This document shows positions 1 through 13,806 of a stretch of DNA of 64,000 bases, one piece after another; within the stretch, counting starts at the first letter, position 1; each line of letters begins with the position of its first letter. The notes under the pieces were generated by a model, which ran no database searches, had not been told where the DNA came from, and saw only the letters and a program-made list of their open reading frames with translations. The DNA is from Octopus bimaculoides. Taxonomy: Eukaryota. The DNA is taken from the NCBI RefSeq assembly GCF_001194135.2, contig NC_068998.1:39216873-39280872 (forward strand), written 5' to 3'. A program made the position numbers and the translations under genes.

Positions 1-1493
1 TAAATTACGCTGTGCGTATCTATGTGTGTAACAACTTTAGAGTTCGGATTAGGGGATTAATACGATATACACCGTTACAGCGCTAACTGTTTTCAACTGA
101 ATAGACGTCAGTGATTAGTAGAAATTATCGAAATAAGACAATTTTTTACATGAAATAAATTCGAATACAAAAATTTTTTTCTGTTCTATAACAAACAATA
201 GATAAGTATACGAAGTTTGAAAGTCTTTCGGTACCAAAAACACTACATAAAACAAATGAAAACTGGTGCCCCCGTTTTGAAATAGATCCATACTTTCTAT
301 TAAAGGCAAAAGCCTTGAAGTTTTAGGGGGGGGGGGGAACTAGTCAATTACATCGCCCCCCAGCGTTTCACCGCCTCTTAATAATAATAATGATGGTAAT
401 ATTAATATTAACAATAACTTTAGCACAAAAGTATCAATTTCAGCAGCGCCTTAGAAATCATTAGCAATTGCAGCACTGTTTAAACTCTCATATAAAAGTA
501 CTTAATAATGCTTTTTCAGTCCTCAGTTAGTATAGAACCACATTTTGACTTGAAAGCAACTGAATTTTATCGTGCACGGTTTGCTATAAATTATTCCTTC
601 TCATACTTTCCTTTAAATTAATTATTAGTTCGGTACTTATTCTCGCTTCGTTACACAAAATCAAATCCTTTAGATTTTTGGCGAAGGGAGATAACTCAGC
701 TAAAGATGCTTTTAAAAACACATCTCTTGTTTAGCAAAGTGTTTTTCAGTAAAATAAGGGTTGATCTGGAGTAATATAATAGAAGACACTAAACCCGATA
801 GGGAATACATTATTTTCAAAGTTTGGCCCAAGGCCAGCAACATGCAAGAGGGGTAAGTCGATTACATTGACCTTGAAAGGATGAAAGGTAAAGATCGACC
901 TCGGCGGAATTTGAACTCAGAATATTTAGACAGATGAAATAACGCTAAGCATTTTGCCCGGTGTGCTTACAGTTCTGTCAGCTCACTGCTTTAAGGTATT
1001 CGTTGAAACCAAACGTAGGACTACGTGGATGCAAAAGATACTTCCTAACTGTAAGGCGTCTTACATAAGTAAAGGGTTTTTGTTGGCGCTATTATTTTTA
1101 TAGTTTGATAATCTTCTTGTAAATGGCCTTCCAACTGTGAATTTAGAGCAGTACCTGTTTGTTTGCCTCAGTTAATCTAGCAGAGTCGAGTTATGCATCT
1201 TACTAATAGGACAAAAATAATAATAGCTCTGATATGGTTTGAACTCAAAATCCCGTGTACTGAATTATTGTACCACCAATAATAGAAATATACTGTCACT
1301 GATTTGATACAAATATATATTTAAAAAGTGGAAAGTGCTATAAAACATTCTTTAGATATACAACTTATGATTATTATTACAGGAACTGTTCTAGGATTCT
1401 TCAAATACGCCTTATTGAAGACTCATAGAATCGAAATTTATATATCAAGGGAGATAATTTCAAATATTAAGCCAATAGGATGAACTCGCTTAC

Positions 1494-1577
1494 CTTTTAA
1501 ACACTTCAGTTCTGTATTGATGGCATCGCTGTAACTAATATCAGCATTATAACAAGGTGCAGCATATTGAAGTAAGT
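1494..1577 (-). CDS. Candidate internal exon of an unidentified minus-strand gene (xLLQYAAPCYNADISYSDAINTELKCLKx)
   Basis: CAG acceptor, AAG|GTAAGC donor, 84 nt open, phase 1/1; no recognisable homology. Confidence 0.35.
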
Positions 1578-1659
1578 CTGTTTTGGTTATATATAATGCA
1601 ACAAACGTTTAGTACGAATAGTAATATTTATTATTTGTCCAAGATAGGAAGGACAACAT

Positions 1660-1832
1660 GGTACTACTAAAGCAGCACGGTCCCGAACGCGCAGTCGCGC
1701 GTCCGCGCTAGCTAGTCTTGAGTGGTCGATCCTAACCCTAAACACTTATTCATTTGCACACGCGGGTTAGGGTTAGGATCGACCACTCAAGACTAACTAG
1801 CGCGTTCGGGACCGTGCTGCTTTAGTAGTACC
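1660..1832. mobile_element. Fold-back MITE, Merlin-like, 9-bp TSD, with internal telomere-type repeats
   Basis: Perfect ~33-bp TIR starting GGTAC; exact direct repeat GGACAACAT at 1651-1659 and 1833-1841; inner arms also complementary, with CCTAACCCTAA / GGGTTAGGGTTAGG. Confidence 0.85.
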
Positions 1833-2889
1833 GGACAACATTATCCAGTATTCAGTTAAATTCTTTGTTCAAATCCTGCCAGGATCAAATTTTGTCTTAC
1901 TGTAGAGGATTATCGTTGACTGAATTAATTCACAGGACGTGCATAAAATCTATTGTATGGATTCTGAAGTCATTTTAGATGAAACTGATAAGTTTTCAGC
2001 ATGGTTCTGCTCTTTTTCATTTCTAATAATTCACTGCTCTTAAAAATTAAAGCAAAAATGTAATTAAAAAGATTAAATTTCAAAGAATAACAACAACACT
2101 TGATAACAATTTCTGTCGAGGCAATTTATTGCTAACTATACAAAGATATATCTTCTGCACTGTAAATAGTTGTCATATAATATATACATGCATACATNNN
2201 NNNNNNNNNNNNNNNNNNNNNNNNNNNNNNNNNNNNNNNNNNNNNNNNNNNNNNNNNNNNNNNNNNNNNNNNNNNNNNNNNNNNNNNNNNNNNNNNNNNN
2301 NNNNNNNNNNNNNNNNNNNNNNNNNNNNNNNNNNNNNNNNNNNNNNNNNNNNNNNNNNNNNNNNNNNNNNNNNNNNNNNNNNNNNNNNNNNNNNNNNNNN
2401 NNNNNNNNNNNNNNNNNNNNNNNNNNNNNNNNNNNNNNNNNNNNNNNNNNNNNNNNNNNNNNNNNNNNNNNNNNNNNNNNNNNNNNNNNNNNNNNNNNNN
2501 NNNNNNTCCATAACTGGCCGTTAAGACTGCATTTTCATTTTTGTTTTAATTGCTTTGTTCAACAAAGAAGGGATATTGATGAGGAAGATTAGAGATTAGC
2601 TGTGATCAAACCACAGAGTGCAACATTTCATAGTAGTAGAAACTTTATTCAAAGGGTTGGTTCAAGATATTCAAACCATAAAAATCTATGTATTGTATTT
2701 GGCTGTCACAGATAAAAAAGCACAACCCAAAACATTACTCTATACATTATCTTGTGGCACAACAATCAGTTTGACCATCTGAGAAATTTCTTACACTATA
2801 TATATATATATATATATATATATTTAATCAAGATGTGTTTCTCTTCAGCTTGTAGTGGCGCGAAATTATAGCCACCATTGAGAAAGTAC

Positions 2890-2950
2890 TATTCTGTGCA
2901 TGCGCAAAGGACTTCACCACCGGAAGCCCCTCGAGTGCGCATGCGTAGTA
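2890..2950. promoter_or_regulatory. Promoter-like motif cluster: two NRF1-type sites and an ETS site
   Basis: TGCATGCGCA (~2897-2906), ACCGGAAG (~2919-2926) and TGCGCATGCG (~2936-2945) within 50 bp, in a CpG-enriched patch inside AT-rich DNA. Confidence 0.5.
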
Positions 2951-5695
2951 AAACTGGTACTTAAAGAGTTGTTTCACTTTGTCAGAGAGTTGAGCGACAG
3001 ACCTTCTACGTGACAACTCCTCGCTCCTCATCGAAGAGAGAGAGAGACTAATGTCTCTATTACAACTATCAACTTTTACAAGCTTTTCCAAGCACACCAT
3101 TCATGAAAATCTATAGGATTATCCTCCTATTCAACATCACCTCATTCCAAAGACTTGACTCAGCTCTGCTCCTTGACAGACAGATGCTCCATAGTATTTC
3201 ACTAAGCCTACTTAGCTCTTTCTCTCTCTCTCTCTCTCTTTTCTTTTTCTCTCTATCAGCTGTGTTGTCCATCCAGTAAAGAAAAAACTACACAATGCCA
3301 AAAGTAAGTTAATTTTATACATAGTACAAGTGACTGAGGTTGATCTATTTAGCACCAACTCCCAAGTTAATGGGAATATCATTGAATTAAAGTATTCTGA
3401 ACAAAAATTATATAATTCAGTTGTCGTAGCAGCAGGAGCTGTGAGTGTTGATTGGTCCTATATGCTGATTGGCAGTTTGGGCAAGAGTGCTAATATAGTG
3501 TTAACGCGTGGTAGTATATACAAGGAGTGATTTGTCACATTCATTTCATTTCATTCTAGAAGTAAGAAAACTCAAGTAGAGAAAATACTAGAATAACTAA
3601 ATAAGGAGCTTATTTCAGTTTCAAACTTCTCTTAGATAATTACTTCCATTTTAAAACAGATATAGACAGAAACATCATAACATATGTTTGTTGAAATAAA
3701 TTTAATTTTGTTGTCTTTTGCCCATTTCTCCCTTCCATATCTTTTTACTAAAATTTAAATCAAAAGTATTGCCATCATTCATATTAAATGGTAGTGGTTA
3801 GGGTAGATTTATATTTTTATACAGATCAATGATTAACAGTATTTCTGTTAGGTACATAAAATCAAGTGTTTTTTTTTAAGGACACACTACTGCCAGAATC
3901 AAAAATATGAATTCATGACCCAGCATTTTAAAGAATGTTATCAACAAAAGTGGTCATTTTCCAGGGTAAGAAGCTAACCTCAACTGCACTTTAAATCTAA
4001 AATAGTATTACTGGTGATGTGATTAAGTAAAATTCAGGAGAACGTGACATGAATATACAAGATAACCAGACAGTTGTTGATACTTTGTTTCTTTAGAGAT
4101 ACAAAGTAAATTGAATGTAATTCAACATCTAAAAGATTTGTTTAATTTTCATCAAAGAGAAATCCCTGTAAATTGGATATTTTAAACCTGAGAAGATAAG
4201 AGGCATTCGCCAGTTAGCTGGAATCACTAAAGTGATCTTTGAGGCAGTGGTGTGGATGGTTATAGGACAACAGATAAGTATTGATCTCTAAATTAACAAT
4301 ATACAGGGGATAGGGAATCATGTTCGAGAGGAACACGTTTGTATTAAAGGAGAATCACTAGTATCAAGGTAGGCTACTGACAGCCTGCTTCAGTAAGAAA
4401 TGGATTAGAAATGAAAACCTACAGTGGGGTGCATTTTGTTGAGAATTCTTCACTTGTCCTCCAAAGACAAAAGTGATGCCAAAGATGTTACTTTCCACAT
4501 CAGAAGTCAACACATCATTCCAGTTGATTTTTCTTTTCTCTTCTGTTTTGTAATTTCTTTTGTCTCACTAGTTTCAGTTATTGAAATGTAGCCATGTTGA
4601 GGTACCACATATTCAAACATATTGTTGATTATATCAACCGCCACATCTTGCGCTGATACTTATTTTATCTTGGAAGGATTGAAGGCAAAGTAGACGAGGG
4701 CAGTATTTGAACTTGGGGACATATAAAGACAACCGAAGAAAACAAATTATTTTGTCCCACTGATTCTACCTTTAGGGTTTGACAACAACATTCAGAAAAA
4801 AAAAGTTAAATCCAATTTTACTCATCTTAGTAAAATTACCTTAATTTCATGTTTTGGTGCAAGAGAGCTCCTTGTAAGAATTGTTTTGTATTAAACAAGC
4901 TAACACCATATTGGACATTTCCACATATTCTCTAACTTGAAAACCTTGACAAAATTGTTCTACAGATCATGTTGAAAATATACAAATATTGAGAGCAGGA
5001 GGAGAAAAAAAGAATACAAATGATTTGAAAATTGTAAAAGTTGATAAAAATCAGTTCTAAATAATGAAACTAAGAAGGAAGAAGGAAAAAGACATTGTAA
5101 ATTTTCAGAAAAACAAATAAATCATAAAATAAGAAATATTCAAATGTTTCATGATATGGTTTCAAAATAAAGGATTCACAAATGTAAAAGGAAGAAATAA
5201 AAAAGGGACATGCAATTTTTCAAAAAAGTGTTCATCTTTGCAATAATGTTTGTTGGATTGAAGCATAAAGATTGAGATATTTCCACTGTTATCTTTAGAT
5301 GTTTAAGTTGGCTTTCTACAGAATATGGAATAATTTTAATGAAATTCTGTGCAATGAAACAATCATTGTAAAAAAAAAAATTTCCTCTTTCATACAAATT
5401 ATTTTCATTAAATCAAAAAAAGAAAGAAAAGAAAAAAAATTCTGAGATGATACTGAAAACACCCAATAAATAAACCAAAAGGGAAATAAAATATGTTAAA
5501 CAATTCTTTTTTTTTTCCGTTTCAGATATNNNNNNNNNNNNNNNNNNNNNNNNNNNNNNNNNNNNNNNNNNNNNNNNNNNNNNNNNNNNNNNNNNNNNNN
5601 NNNNNNNNNNNNNNNNNNNNNNNNNNNNNNNNNNNNNNNNNNNNNNNNNNNNNNNNNNNNNNNNNNNNNNNNNNNNNNNNGCATTGGCCTTTGGT

Positions 5696-5802
5696 TCATT
5701 CAGTGCCAAAATATTTCTGTCCAAAGTGATTTGGTGCTACTGGGTGAACTTCTGTGGTTACTATGGTGATACCAGGGAATGAGTTGATAAGTGATTTGAC
5801 AG
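5696..5802 (-). CDS. UPRT: UPRT exon 7, terminal (SVKSLINSFPGITIVTTEVHPVAPNHFGQKYFGTE*)
   Basis: Pyrimidine tract + TAG acceptor, 107 nt ending in TGA; matches the metazoan UPRT C-terminus TTEVHPVAPTHFGQKYFGTD. Confidence 0.95.
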
Positions 5803-8800
5803 CTAAAAGAAAAAGAAAATTAATTGAACAGCTTGCTATATATATATATATATATATGGGAGAATTTACGAAAAAAACAAAAGGCGAAGACAGGTGGTGT
5901 AAACAACAAATGGATGTATTAGTTTAACGCTCGGGAATAGAGAAAGTCTTTGACGTTTCGAACTACGTTCTGCAACTGAAAGGAACACAGAAAGAAATAA
6001 GGAGAGAAACAAATAGAAAAAAAATATAAATGTAGTGGTCAGCGATCTATCATGGCGAATCATCATTTAATGTCCATTGTCCATGCTGGCATGGGTTGGA
6101 TGGTTTGACCAGAACTGGCAAGCTGGAAGGCTACACCAGACTCCAGTCTGATTTGGCATGGTTGCTACATCTGGATGCCCTTCTTAATGCCAACCACCTG
6201 GAGAGTTTAATGGGTGTTTTTATGTGCCACCAGCATGAGTGCAATTTGCATGACACCAGTATCTGCCATGGCTGTGATTTTACTAGGCTTGATGGGTCTT
6301 CTTCAAGCATGACATAATGCCAAAGGTCTCAGTCACTTTTCATATTTGTATGTACATCTAGTCTATTGGTGGTCTGTCTTTGCTAAGAAGTGGTGCATGA
6401 TATCAGAATCAGAAACTACTCCAAATCATTGTTAGATAAATGGAGTCTATACTAGCTTGTTCATACTGGCATGAAGTCATAAGTTGTAATAATGAAGTCA
6501 AGCCAATATTACTATATATTACATGTATATATATAAAGCATGTTACACATATGGTGTGTATGTACAGGTCATACATATGTACTTTCACATCAATAGCCAA
6601 AAAACTTATCTGAACCAGAAGCTGCAATCTATTTTAAGTTTCCCACACAGTGTATGTTCTTCAAGGCATCTATATTGCAGAATTTAGCAGTCAAACCATT
6701 ATACAAGAGGAAGGGGGAATTTAAGCATCTCCCCACATTTAAACAAGATTCATTTGTTTCTGTTGGAATCCTAAAAATCATCTTTGTTTCATTAGATTGT
6801 AGATATCAGCTTCCCTGACACCCTAAGAAATGACTTGTGTATTCTAGAAGGACAGAGCTGGTTGTTTCTTTGGTAGGACAGAGGCACTCTTCTTCAACAT
6901 CTCCAGTAAAGGGCTCCAACCGTTGTTAGGACCCAAATGTCTTGTAGCTCTGAAGTTTTCATGATGTGATTGTTTATTTTTTTAGAAGGACATTGTAGGG
7001 TAGGTGTGAGAGGCAGCATTTAGCTGGTTTGAACATGAAACAGGTGGAATACTGAATCAAGATATGGCCAGTTTTACTGCTACAGGGTTAAACTCATAAA
7101 TATAAAAGTTCATTACAGAATTAAAAAACCTCACAGATGTGGTTTCAAATGGGAGTGTGTGATGTTTATGCCTTCCCAGTCGTACTAGAAATGCAGATGA
7201 AGCCTTAATACCTAGAGCTGAAAAATACTACTTTGAGCCCTATCACTCACAGGAAACCAGTTACCCAGTGTCCATGACGTATAAATACCCAAGGTCACAA
7301 CATTCCTTCAGAATAAAACATCAGGTTACTCATTTACTGCTGATTGAACTGGGTCAATATAAACAAAAGTGTTTTGCTTAAGAACAATGCACTGCCCAGT
7401 CAGAGAATCAAAACCACAGTCTTGTGATTGTGCGTGCACTACTGTAAACACTAGGCCACAATCCTCCACTTCAATACCCAAACCCAACAATCAAAACTGG
7501 GTCACAGACTAAAATGTTTTTGAAGCTCACCACCACACCACCTGACATATGACACTTAGAAGTCATATTAAATGATGCAATACCTGTTTTATTCAGTGTT
7601 TGTTTAAATACATTAACAAGATGATACAAACAACTTGGTATGTGGTCAATGACACTGAAGTGACAAGCAGAGAAACAGAGTTTATGAATCGTTGTCTTCC
7701 CCACTCACACAAAGCAAACCTAGTTGACTAGACACAAGATGTATTCTTGCAGGAGACAATATAATCAACAGAGTTGACTTCACTAGAACTTCATTCATCC
7801 ACCCTAAAGGAATTTAAATTTAGAACATGCAAGATATAAAACTAAATATTAAAATCTTTTGGTTACATGAAAGGAAAGTTTTTCTAAAGTTAATTCAATT
7901 AAGTATATTACAGATTACTATTCTATCGGTTCTCTTAAAATGTGCAGTCAGAAATCCAGACACTCAGTGTAGACAAAACAGAAACAGTACATTTGAGCAA
8001 TCATTCACTGATCTCATCAACATACAGAAGAATCATTAAGTTAGTGCAGTGAACATAAAAAAAAAAAAAAATTAAATCAAACTGGAACTCACTATGTGGT
8101 GAAGGAAAGACAATATTAATTCAATGACTAATATAACGTGGCTTAGTGGTCATGCTGTTGCACTCAAGATCATTATATCATGGGTTCGATTCCCTAATTG
8201 GGTGGCACATTGTGTTCTGGAGCAAAACACTTCATTTCACCTTGCTCCAGGCCCCCTTTCAATCAGTGGGGAATGTTGGCATGCTCACCTAACCAGCAGG
8301 GTGGCATCATTTGAAGGCTAAAACAATGCAAAAGCACATTGTGGCCAGCAATGTGTAACAACATCTGATAGCTTGGTTGGTTATGTGATCATGTGAATGT
8401 TATTCAAATTAGATCAACACATGTGGGAGATAACTTTGAACATGTTTTGGTATTATCAGACTTCATCAGAGCATAAATGTTGCCATACTTATTAAAGGAG
8501 CCATTGAACAACATGTAGATATACAATGTTGTACACGAGTGTATGGATAACTAGCATATTAAAATATATAATTCACTGAGAATAATTCCTCAAAGACACA
8601 ATCTGCATGAAAAACAATAAAGTTAATTTTAACATATATAATGCAATCAGCATGAAAATTCTTTTAAGAAATATTTATGTTAAAAAAAAAAAAAAGACTA
8701 AAATAATATTAATCATTAAGTTGTCTTTTTCTCACTACACAAATATTTCCAATTAGAATTTTTTTATGTCTACAGCTGCATTAACCCTTTAGCATTCAGA

Positions 8801-9357
8801 TTACTCTGTCAATGCTTATTTATTCACATTATTTTGAATTATCTTGTAGCTTTCAGATTTCAATGATGTGACTATATTTTTAGAATGACATTGTAGGGTA
8901 GCTGTTAGAGGCCAGATATCAACAGTTTAAACATATAACAAGTAGAATATTGTGGCTGGATATGGCCAAACTATAAATTGAAAATGTATTTATCCACAGC
9001 TCTACCATTTCTGACACCACAAATCAATAACAAAGCCTCTACATGGTTATGGAAAAGAGCAGCCGAATTTCTCTCACATTATACTCAACAAAATTTTAAA
9101 AAGACATGGGATAATAAAAAAAAAAAATATCGGATAATGTACTCGGCTGGTGACAGCTGGAAGATCATAGCCGGTCTGTTTGATCAGCAATGCCCAGCAG
9201 CTAAGCAACAAGCACAATGACATCACCACCACAAGCCAGATGTGAAAGATTATTTCCCATCATAAAACATATGAAAGGAATTATGTCAAAGTTCAAGGGG
9301 TTAAGTTCAAGGCTCACAAATTACAATTAAATAATTTTTAAAAAATTGGCAACTTAC

Positions 9358-9456
9358 ATCGTGGTGTACAAAAGAGATTTAACAAGATCACATTCTGTTC
9401 TTTAACTCTGTGATTCTTTAAAACATTCATTGCTTTTGTCACTGTGTTACCAGTAC
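9358..9456 (-). CDS. UPRT: UPRT exon 6 (STGNTVTKAMNVLKNHRVKEQNVILLNLFCTPR)
   Basis: TAG acceptor, GTAAGT donor, 99 nt; completes the PRPP-loop equivalent YPIMSTGNT. Confidence 0.95.
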
Positions 9457-11526
9457 CTAGAATTACAATGGAGAGAGAGAAAGATACAATTGCAAAAACT
9501 AAATTGTTCAACCCATGCCAGCATGGAAGACAGATGTTAAATGATAAGGATAACCAAAGCACAATGCACACATTACATCAAGTCCCTCTGATCTCTCACT
9601 TTCTAATCCATTAAGGACTGCATCCCTCTACTATTACAAACCAGACAATAAGGTACTACTGCTCAGTTTGCAAGAAATTGCAGTCAAATCACTCTCTAAT
9701 AGCTTAAAATGGCAGGATGCTTAACAATGTGGTCTTTTATCATCATCATCATTTAATGTCTGCTGTCCATGCTGGTATGGGTTGGGCGGTTTGACTGGGC
9801 TGGCACGCTGGAAGGCTGCACCAAGCTCCAGTCTGATTTGGCATAATTTTCTACAGCTGAATGCCCCTCCTAATGCCAACCACTCCAAGAGTGTAATGGG
9901 TGCTTTTATGTGCCACTNNNNNNNNNNGGAAGGCTGCACCAGACTCCAGTCTGATTTGGCATGATTTTCTACAGCTGAATGCCCCTCCTAATGCCAACCA
10001 CTCTGAGAGTGTAATGGGTGCTTTTATGTGCCACTGGCTTTGGTGCCATTTGCATGACAACGGTATCTTCTATGACTGGGATTTTGCTTGGCTTGATGGG
10101 TCTTCTCAAGCATGACATAATACCAAAGGTCTTGGTCATTGCCTCTGTGAGGCCCAACACTCAAAAGGAATTCAAGCACTTTGCCTCAATAGGAACTCAG
10201 CCACTTTGCCTCTGTCAAGCCCAATGCTCAAAAGAAACTCAGCCACTATGCTTCCATGAGGCCCAATGCTTGAAAGGAAGAAACTCAGCCAGGCCCAACG
10301 CTCAAAACGAATATATAAAATCATCATTTAGTATCCATTTTCCATGCTAGCATGGGTTAGACAGTTCATCTGAAGCTGGTAAGCTAGAGAGCTGCATCAG
10401 GGTGCAGTCTGTTTTGGCTTATTTTCCTCAGCTGCATGCCCTTCCTAATGCCAACCACCCCAAAATGTACTGAGTGTCTCTTATGTGTCACCGGCACAGG
10501 TGCCATTTCCGTGTCACCGTAACAGGTGCCTTTTCCATGTCAGTGGCACAGGTGCCTTTCACACGTCACCAGCATTGGCCATGACTACACACACACTCAT
10601 GGGATGGTCATCACAGGTATAACCTTTGATCATAGATCTGCTCAGTCAAGATTGACTCGGGGCTAAACAATAACCACAACTACACATTTATATGAGTATA
10701 CGAGCCAACAAGGAAGGCTATGTGCTTACATGACCAACTAAAAAAACAAACAAATCTCCCTTGAGTCACACCATGTCTGTAAGAAAATGCATCAATATTA
10801 GGAAAGGGCACATTGGATGTTGTATTCCAAAGAATCCTTAAAAAGATAAAATTGTTGTAGTTGGAATGCCTTTGATATGTTTGTTGGGCCACAGCTAACC
10901 TAAAACTAAACAATAACACTAATCTACAACTGCTCTCCACTCTACATTTCACCATAACATAAAACACTCGTATTAATGAGTAAGTCCATATGTGAATGCT
11001 TTACCTACTAGAAATAACAGCCAAATTTTTCCTTAATAAAGGATATAATAGATATATATACTATACCTAAAAATAAATAAGCTTAGGCAGTTGGAATATA
11101 TATGAATGTTGGCAAAATAGCGTTAAAATATCAAGGGAAATAACTTAGTAAAAAATTACAATGAATTATCTGTTTTGACTATGGCTACAAGTACAAACCC
11201 AACAAAATGTTACCAAAATTAATGGGTTATTGTCATCAGCCACAGAAAATCTTCCTCAATGAATTCCATCTGACCCATGCAAGCATGGAAAAGTCAACAT
11301 TAAAATGATGATGATATGGACATGATAACAATATGATAGAGTTTACTTAAACACTACGGTGTCTGACAAGCCCAAACTAGAATAGATTCAATGCAATGGA
11401 TGTGTAGATATGCTTCCATACATTTGATTATCTATTTCCATGCCATGTCATTTTATACAAGAATCTATTAAACAACAACTAACACATATTAGAACAAATG
11501 TAACAAAACAATAACAAGATACTCAC

Positions 11527-11688
11527 TCATAATAGGGTACATCAATAATACTTTCCGACTGCTGAACTCTGGTGGAAAATTGGAGTAAAGCACCTTTGCT
11601 TCATGAGTATCTGCATCGCTCTGTATCAATATCTTTCCTATGCGTATTGGACCACAGCAGTTCTGTAGACCTTGTTCCATGGCTTCGC
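11527..11688 (-). CDS. UPRT: UPRT exon 5 (GEAMEQGLQNCCGPIRIGKILIQSDADTHEAKVLYSNFPPEFSSRKVLLMYPIM-S)
   Basis: CAG acceptor, GTGAGT donor, 162 nt; overlaps supplied ORF 11489..11680; contains GEAMEQGL, IRIGKILIQ and VLLMYP motifs. Confidence 0.96.
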
Positions 11689-12586
11689 CTGTAAGGAGAG
11701 AGGAACATATTGCAAGTGGAAGCCATCACAATTTTCATTTTACCTGGTTTCTATAATCTTGTGGGAGTGTGTGTGTGTGTGATCATTTTAATAATGTAGA
11801 CAACAAATAATAGCTGAAGAAATTACAATTGGAAATATTTCCTTTATTTCAGTTTCCAGCCCCAATCATCCCATTGGAATATGTCTAAAGAAAAACTAAC
11901 AGCAAATATCTCTAACTACATTCTCCTTCTCCTGGGTTTTCTTCCCCTCACCCCCTACTTAACTTCAGTGATCAACATTTTCTGCATACTCTTCATTTGC
12001 ACTCATCACTGCCTGCATTGGTCTAAGTGTTCCATGGAGTATCTGGTACAGCCAGAACCATCAATAATCTAAAATTAGCCTACATAATTTAAAATGGTAA
12101 GGTTGGTCATGGATTTTAATAGAATTTATTCATGATATATTTCAAGTAAGGCCTAGATGAATCAGCTGTAGATTTTTTTTTTCTATTGGCTGGCCATGAA
12201 ACTTTAAATTTGTTAGCCACATTCTTGATAGCAGCTGTCAGACTTCAAAGAATTTAAAGAAATGCCAAAGATCACTGGCGAGCAATGTTGTACCAATAAT
12301 GATTTGTACTTTTGGATTCTGGATCAATGAATTAGCAACAGAGATTGTTCAATTTTGATTCCAGTCAGTTGACAATAATTGGTCAAGTCCATTGAATGAA
12401 CTGGCATCAAGGCTAATCTGATCAAGGTGCATTTGAATGATGTGAATGATGATTTATATTAATCATTACCATAAAGCATAACAGTTTTAATTCTTACTCA
12501 TCAATTCTTTTTGGTTTTTTTCCTCTGTGGAAACTAATGCTTATCTAGCAAGTAAATAGAATGACATTCCAAAATATGAAACTTAC

Positions 12587-12649
12587 CACTTCTGATAATA
12601 CTGACTCCACAGTTTCCCTTTTCATACTTCAACCCATGGTACTCGTAAC
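12587..12649 (-). CDS. UPRT: UPRT exon 4 (GYEYHGLKYEKGNCGVSIIRS-G)
   Basis: CAG acceptor, GTAAGT donor, 63 nt; matches KFEKGNCGVSIMRSG. Confidence 0.95.
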
Positions 12650-13070
12650 CTGAAGATACATTAAATATCATACATGTAACCATATGTTGTAAATATATCA
12701 CAATATTCCAAAAACAAATACATTTAATACAATGTAAGGGGCCTCATTGTACAATGAAGAATTGCTTGAAAATTCCTGTATGTGCACGTGATGTGTGCAT
12801 CTCTTCAGAAGACCTAAGAAGTGCCATTATTTAGGTTAGGTTCAGAATAAGGTATTAATGAAATGAGAGAGGAATCTTTCACAACACACACTTCTCTGTC
12901 TGTCTCTATTGATAAAATAATAGTTATTTCTTTTGACATTAGAAACATCTAAGTAAATGAAGGCAATGCTGAATTAATGTAAATGTTACAAAAAAAACAA
13001 CAGTAAACCTGAAAATATCTTCAGCTGATAATCTGGATACACATGCATACAATGTAATACCTGGTGACTG

Positions 13071-13119
<49 letters not shown>

Positions 13120-13806
13120 NNNNNNNNNNNNNNNNNNNNNNNNNNNNNNNNNNNNNNNNNNNNNNNNNNNNNNNNNNNNNNNNNNNNNNNNNNNNNNNNN
13201 NNNNNNNNNNNNNNNNNNNNNNNNNNNNNNNNNNNNNNNNNNNNNNNNNNNNNNNNNNNNNNNNNNNNNNNNNNNNNNNNNNNNNNNNNNNNNNNNNNNN
13301 NNNNNNNNNNNNNNNNNNNNNNNNNNNNNNNNNNNNNNNNNNNNNNNNNNNNNNNNNNNNNNNNNNNNNNNNNNNNNNNNNNNNNNNNNNNNNNNNNNNN
13401 NNNNNNNNNNNNNNNNNNNNNNNNNNNNNNNNNNNNNNNNNNNNNNNNNNNNNNNNNNNNNNNNNNNNNNNNNNNNNNNNNNNNNNNNNNNNNNNNNNNN
13501 NNNNNNNNNNNNNNNNNNNNNNNNNNNNNNNNNNNNNNNNNNNNNNNNNNNNNNNNNNNNNNNNNNNNNNNNNNNNNNNNNNNNNNNNNNNNNNNNNNNN
13601 NNNNNNNNNNNNNNNNNNNNNNNNNNNNNNNNNNNNNNNNNNNNNNNNNNNNNNNNNNNNNNNNNNNNNNNNNNNNNNNNNNNNNNNNNNNNNNNNNNNN
13701 NNNNNNNNNNNNNNNNNNNNNNNNNNNNNNNNNNNNNNNNNNNNNNNNNNNNNNNNNNNNNNNNNNNNNNNNNNNNNNNNNNNNNNNNNNNNNNNNNNNN
13801 NNNNNA
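13120..13806. other. Assembly gap (N run) between (TA)n tracts, representative
   Basis: N characters; other gaps at ~2198-2506, 5530-5680, 47189-47450, 48518-48961, 56171-56382 and 10-N joins at ~9918, 27726 and 49491. Confidence 0.98.

Noticed and set aside
9800-10010. Direct duplication around a 10-N join (also ~49461-49530)
   Set aside because: Near-identical sequence on both sides of a placeholder gap is typical of unmerged contig overlap.
11489-11680. Possible UCKL1 (uridine kinase-like) assignment for the minus-strand gene
   Set aside because: No kinase domain; the complete 221-aa product and C-terminal HFGQKYFGTE match stand-alone UPRT.
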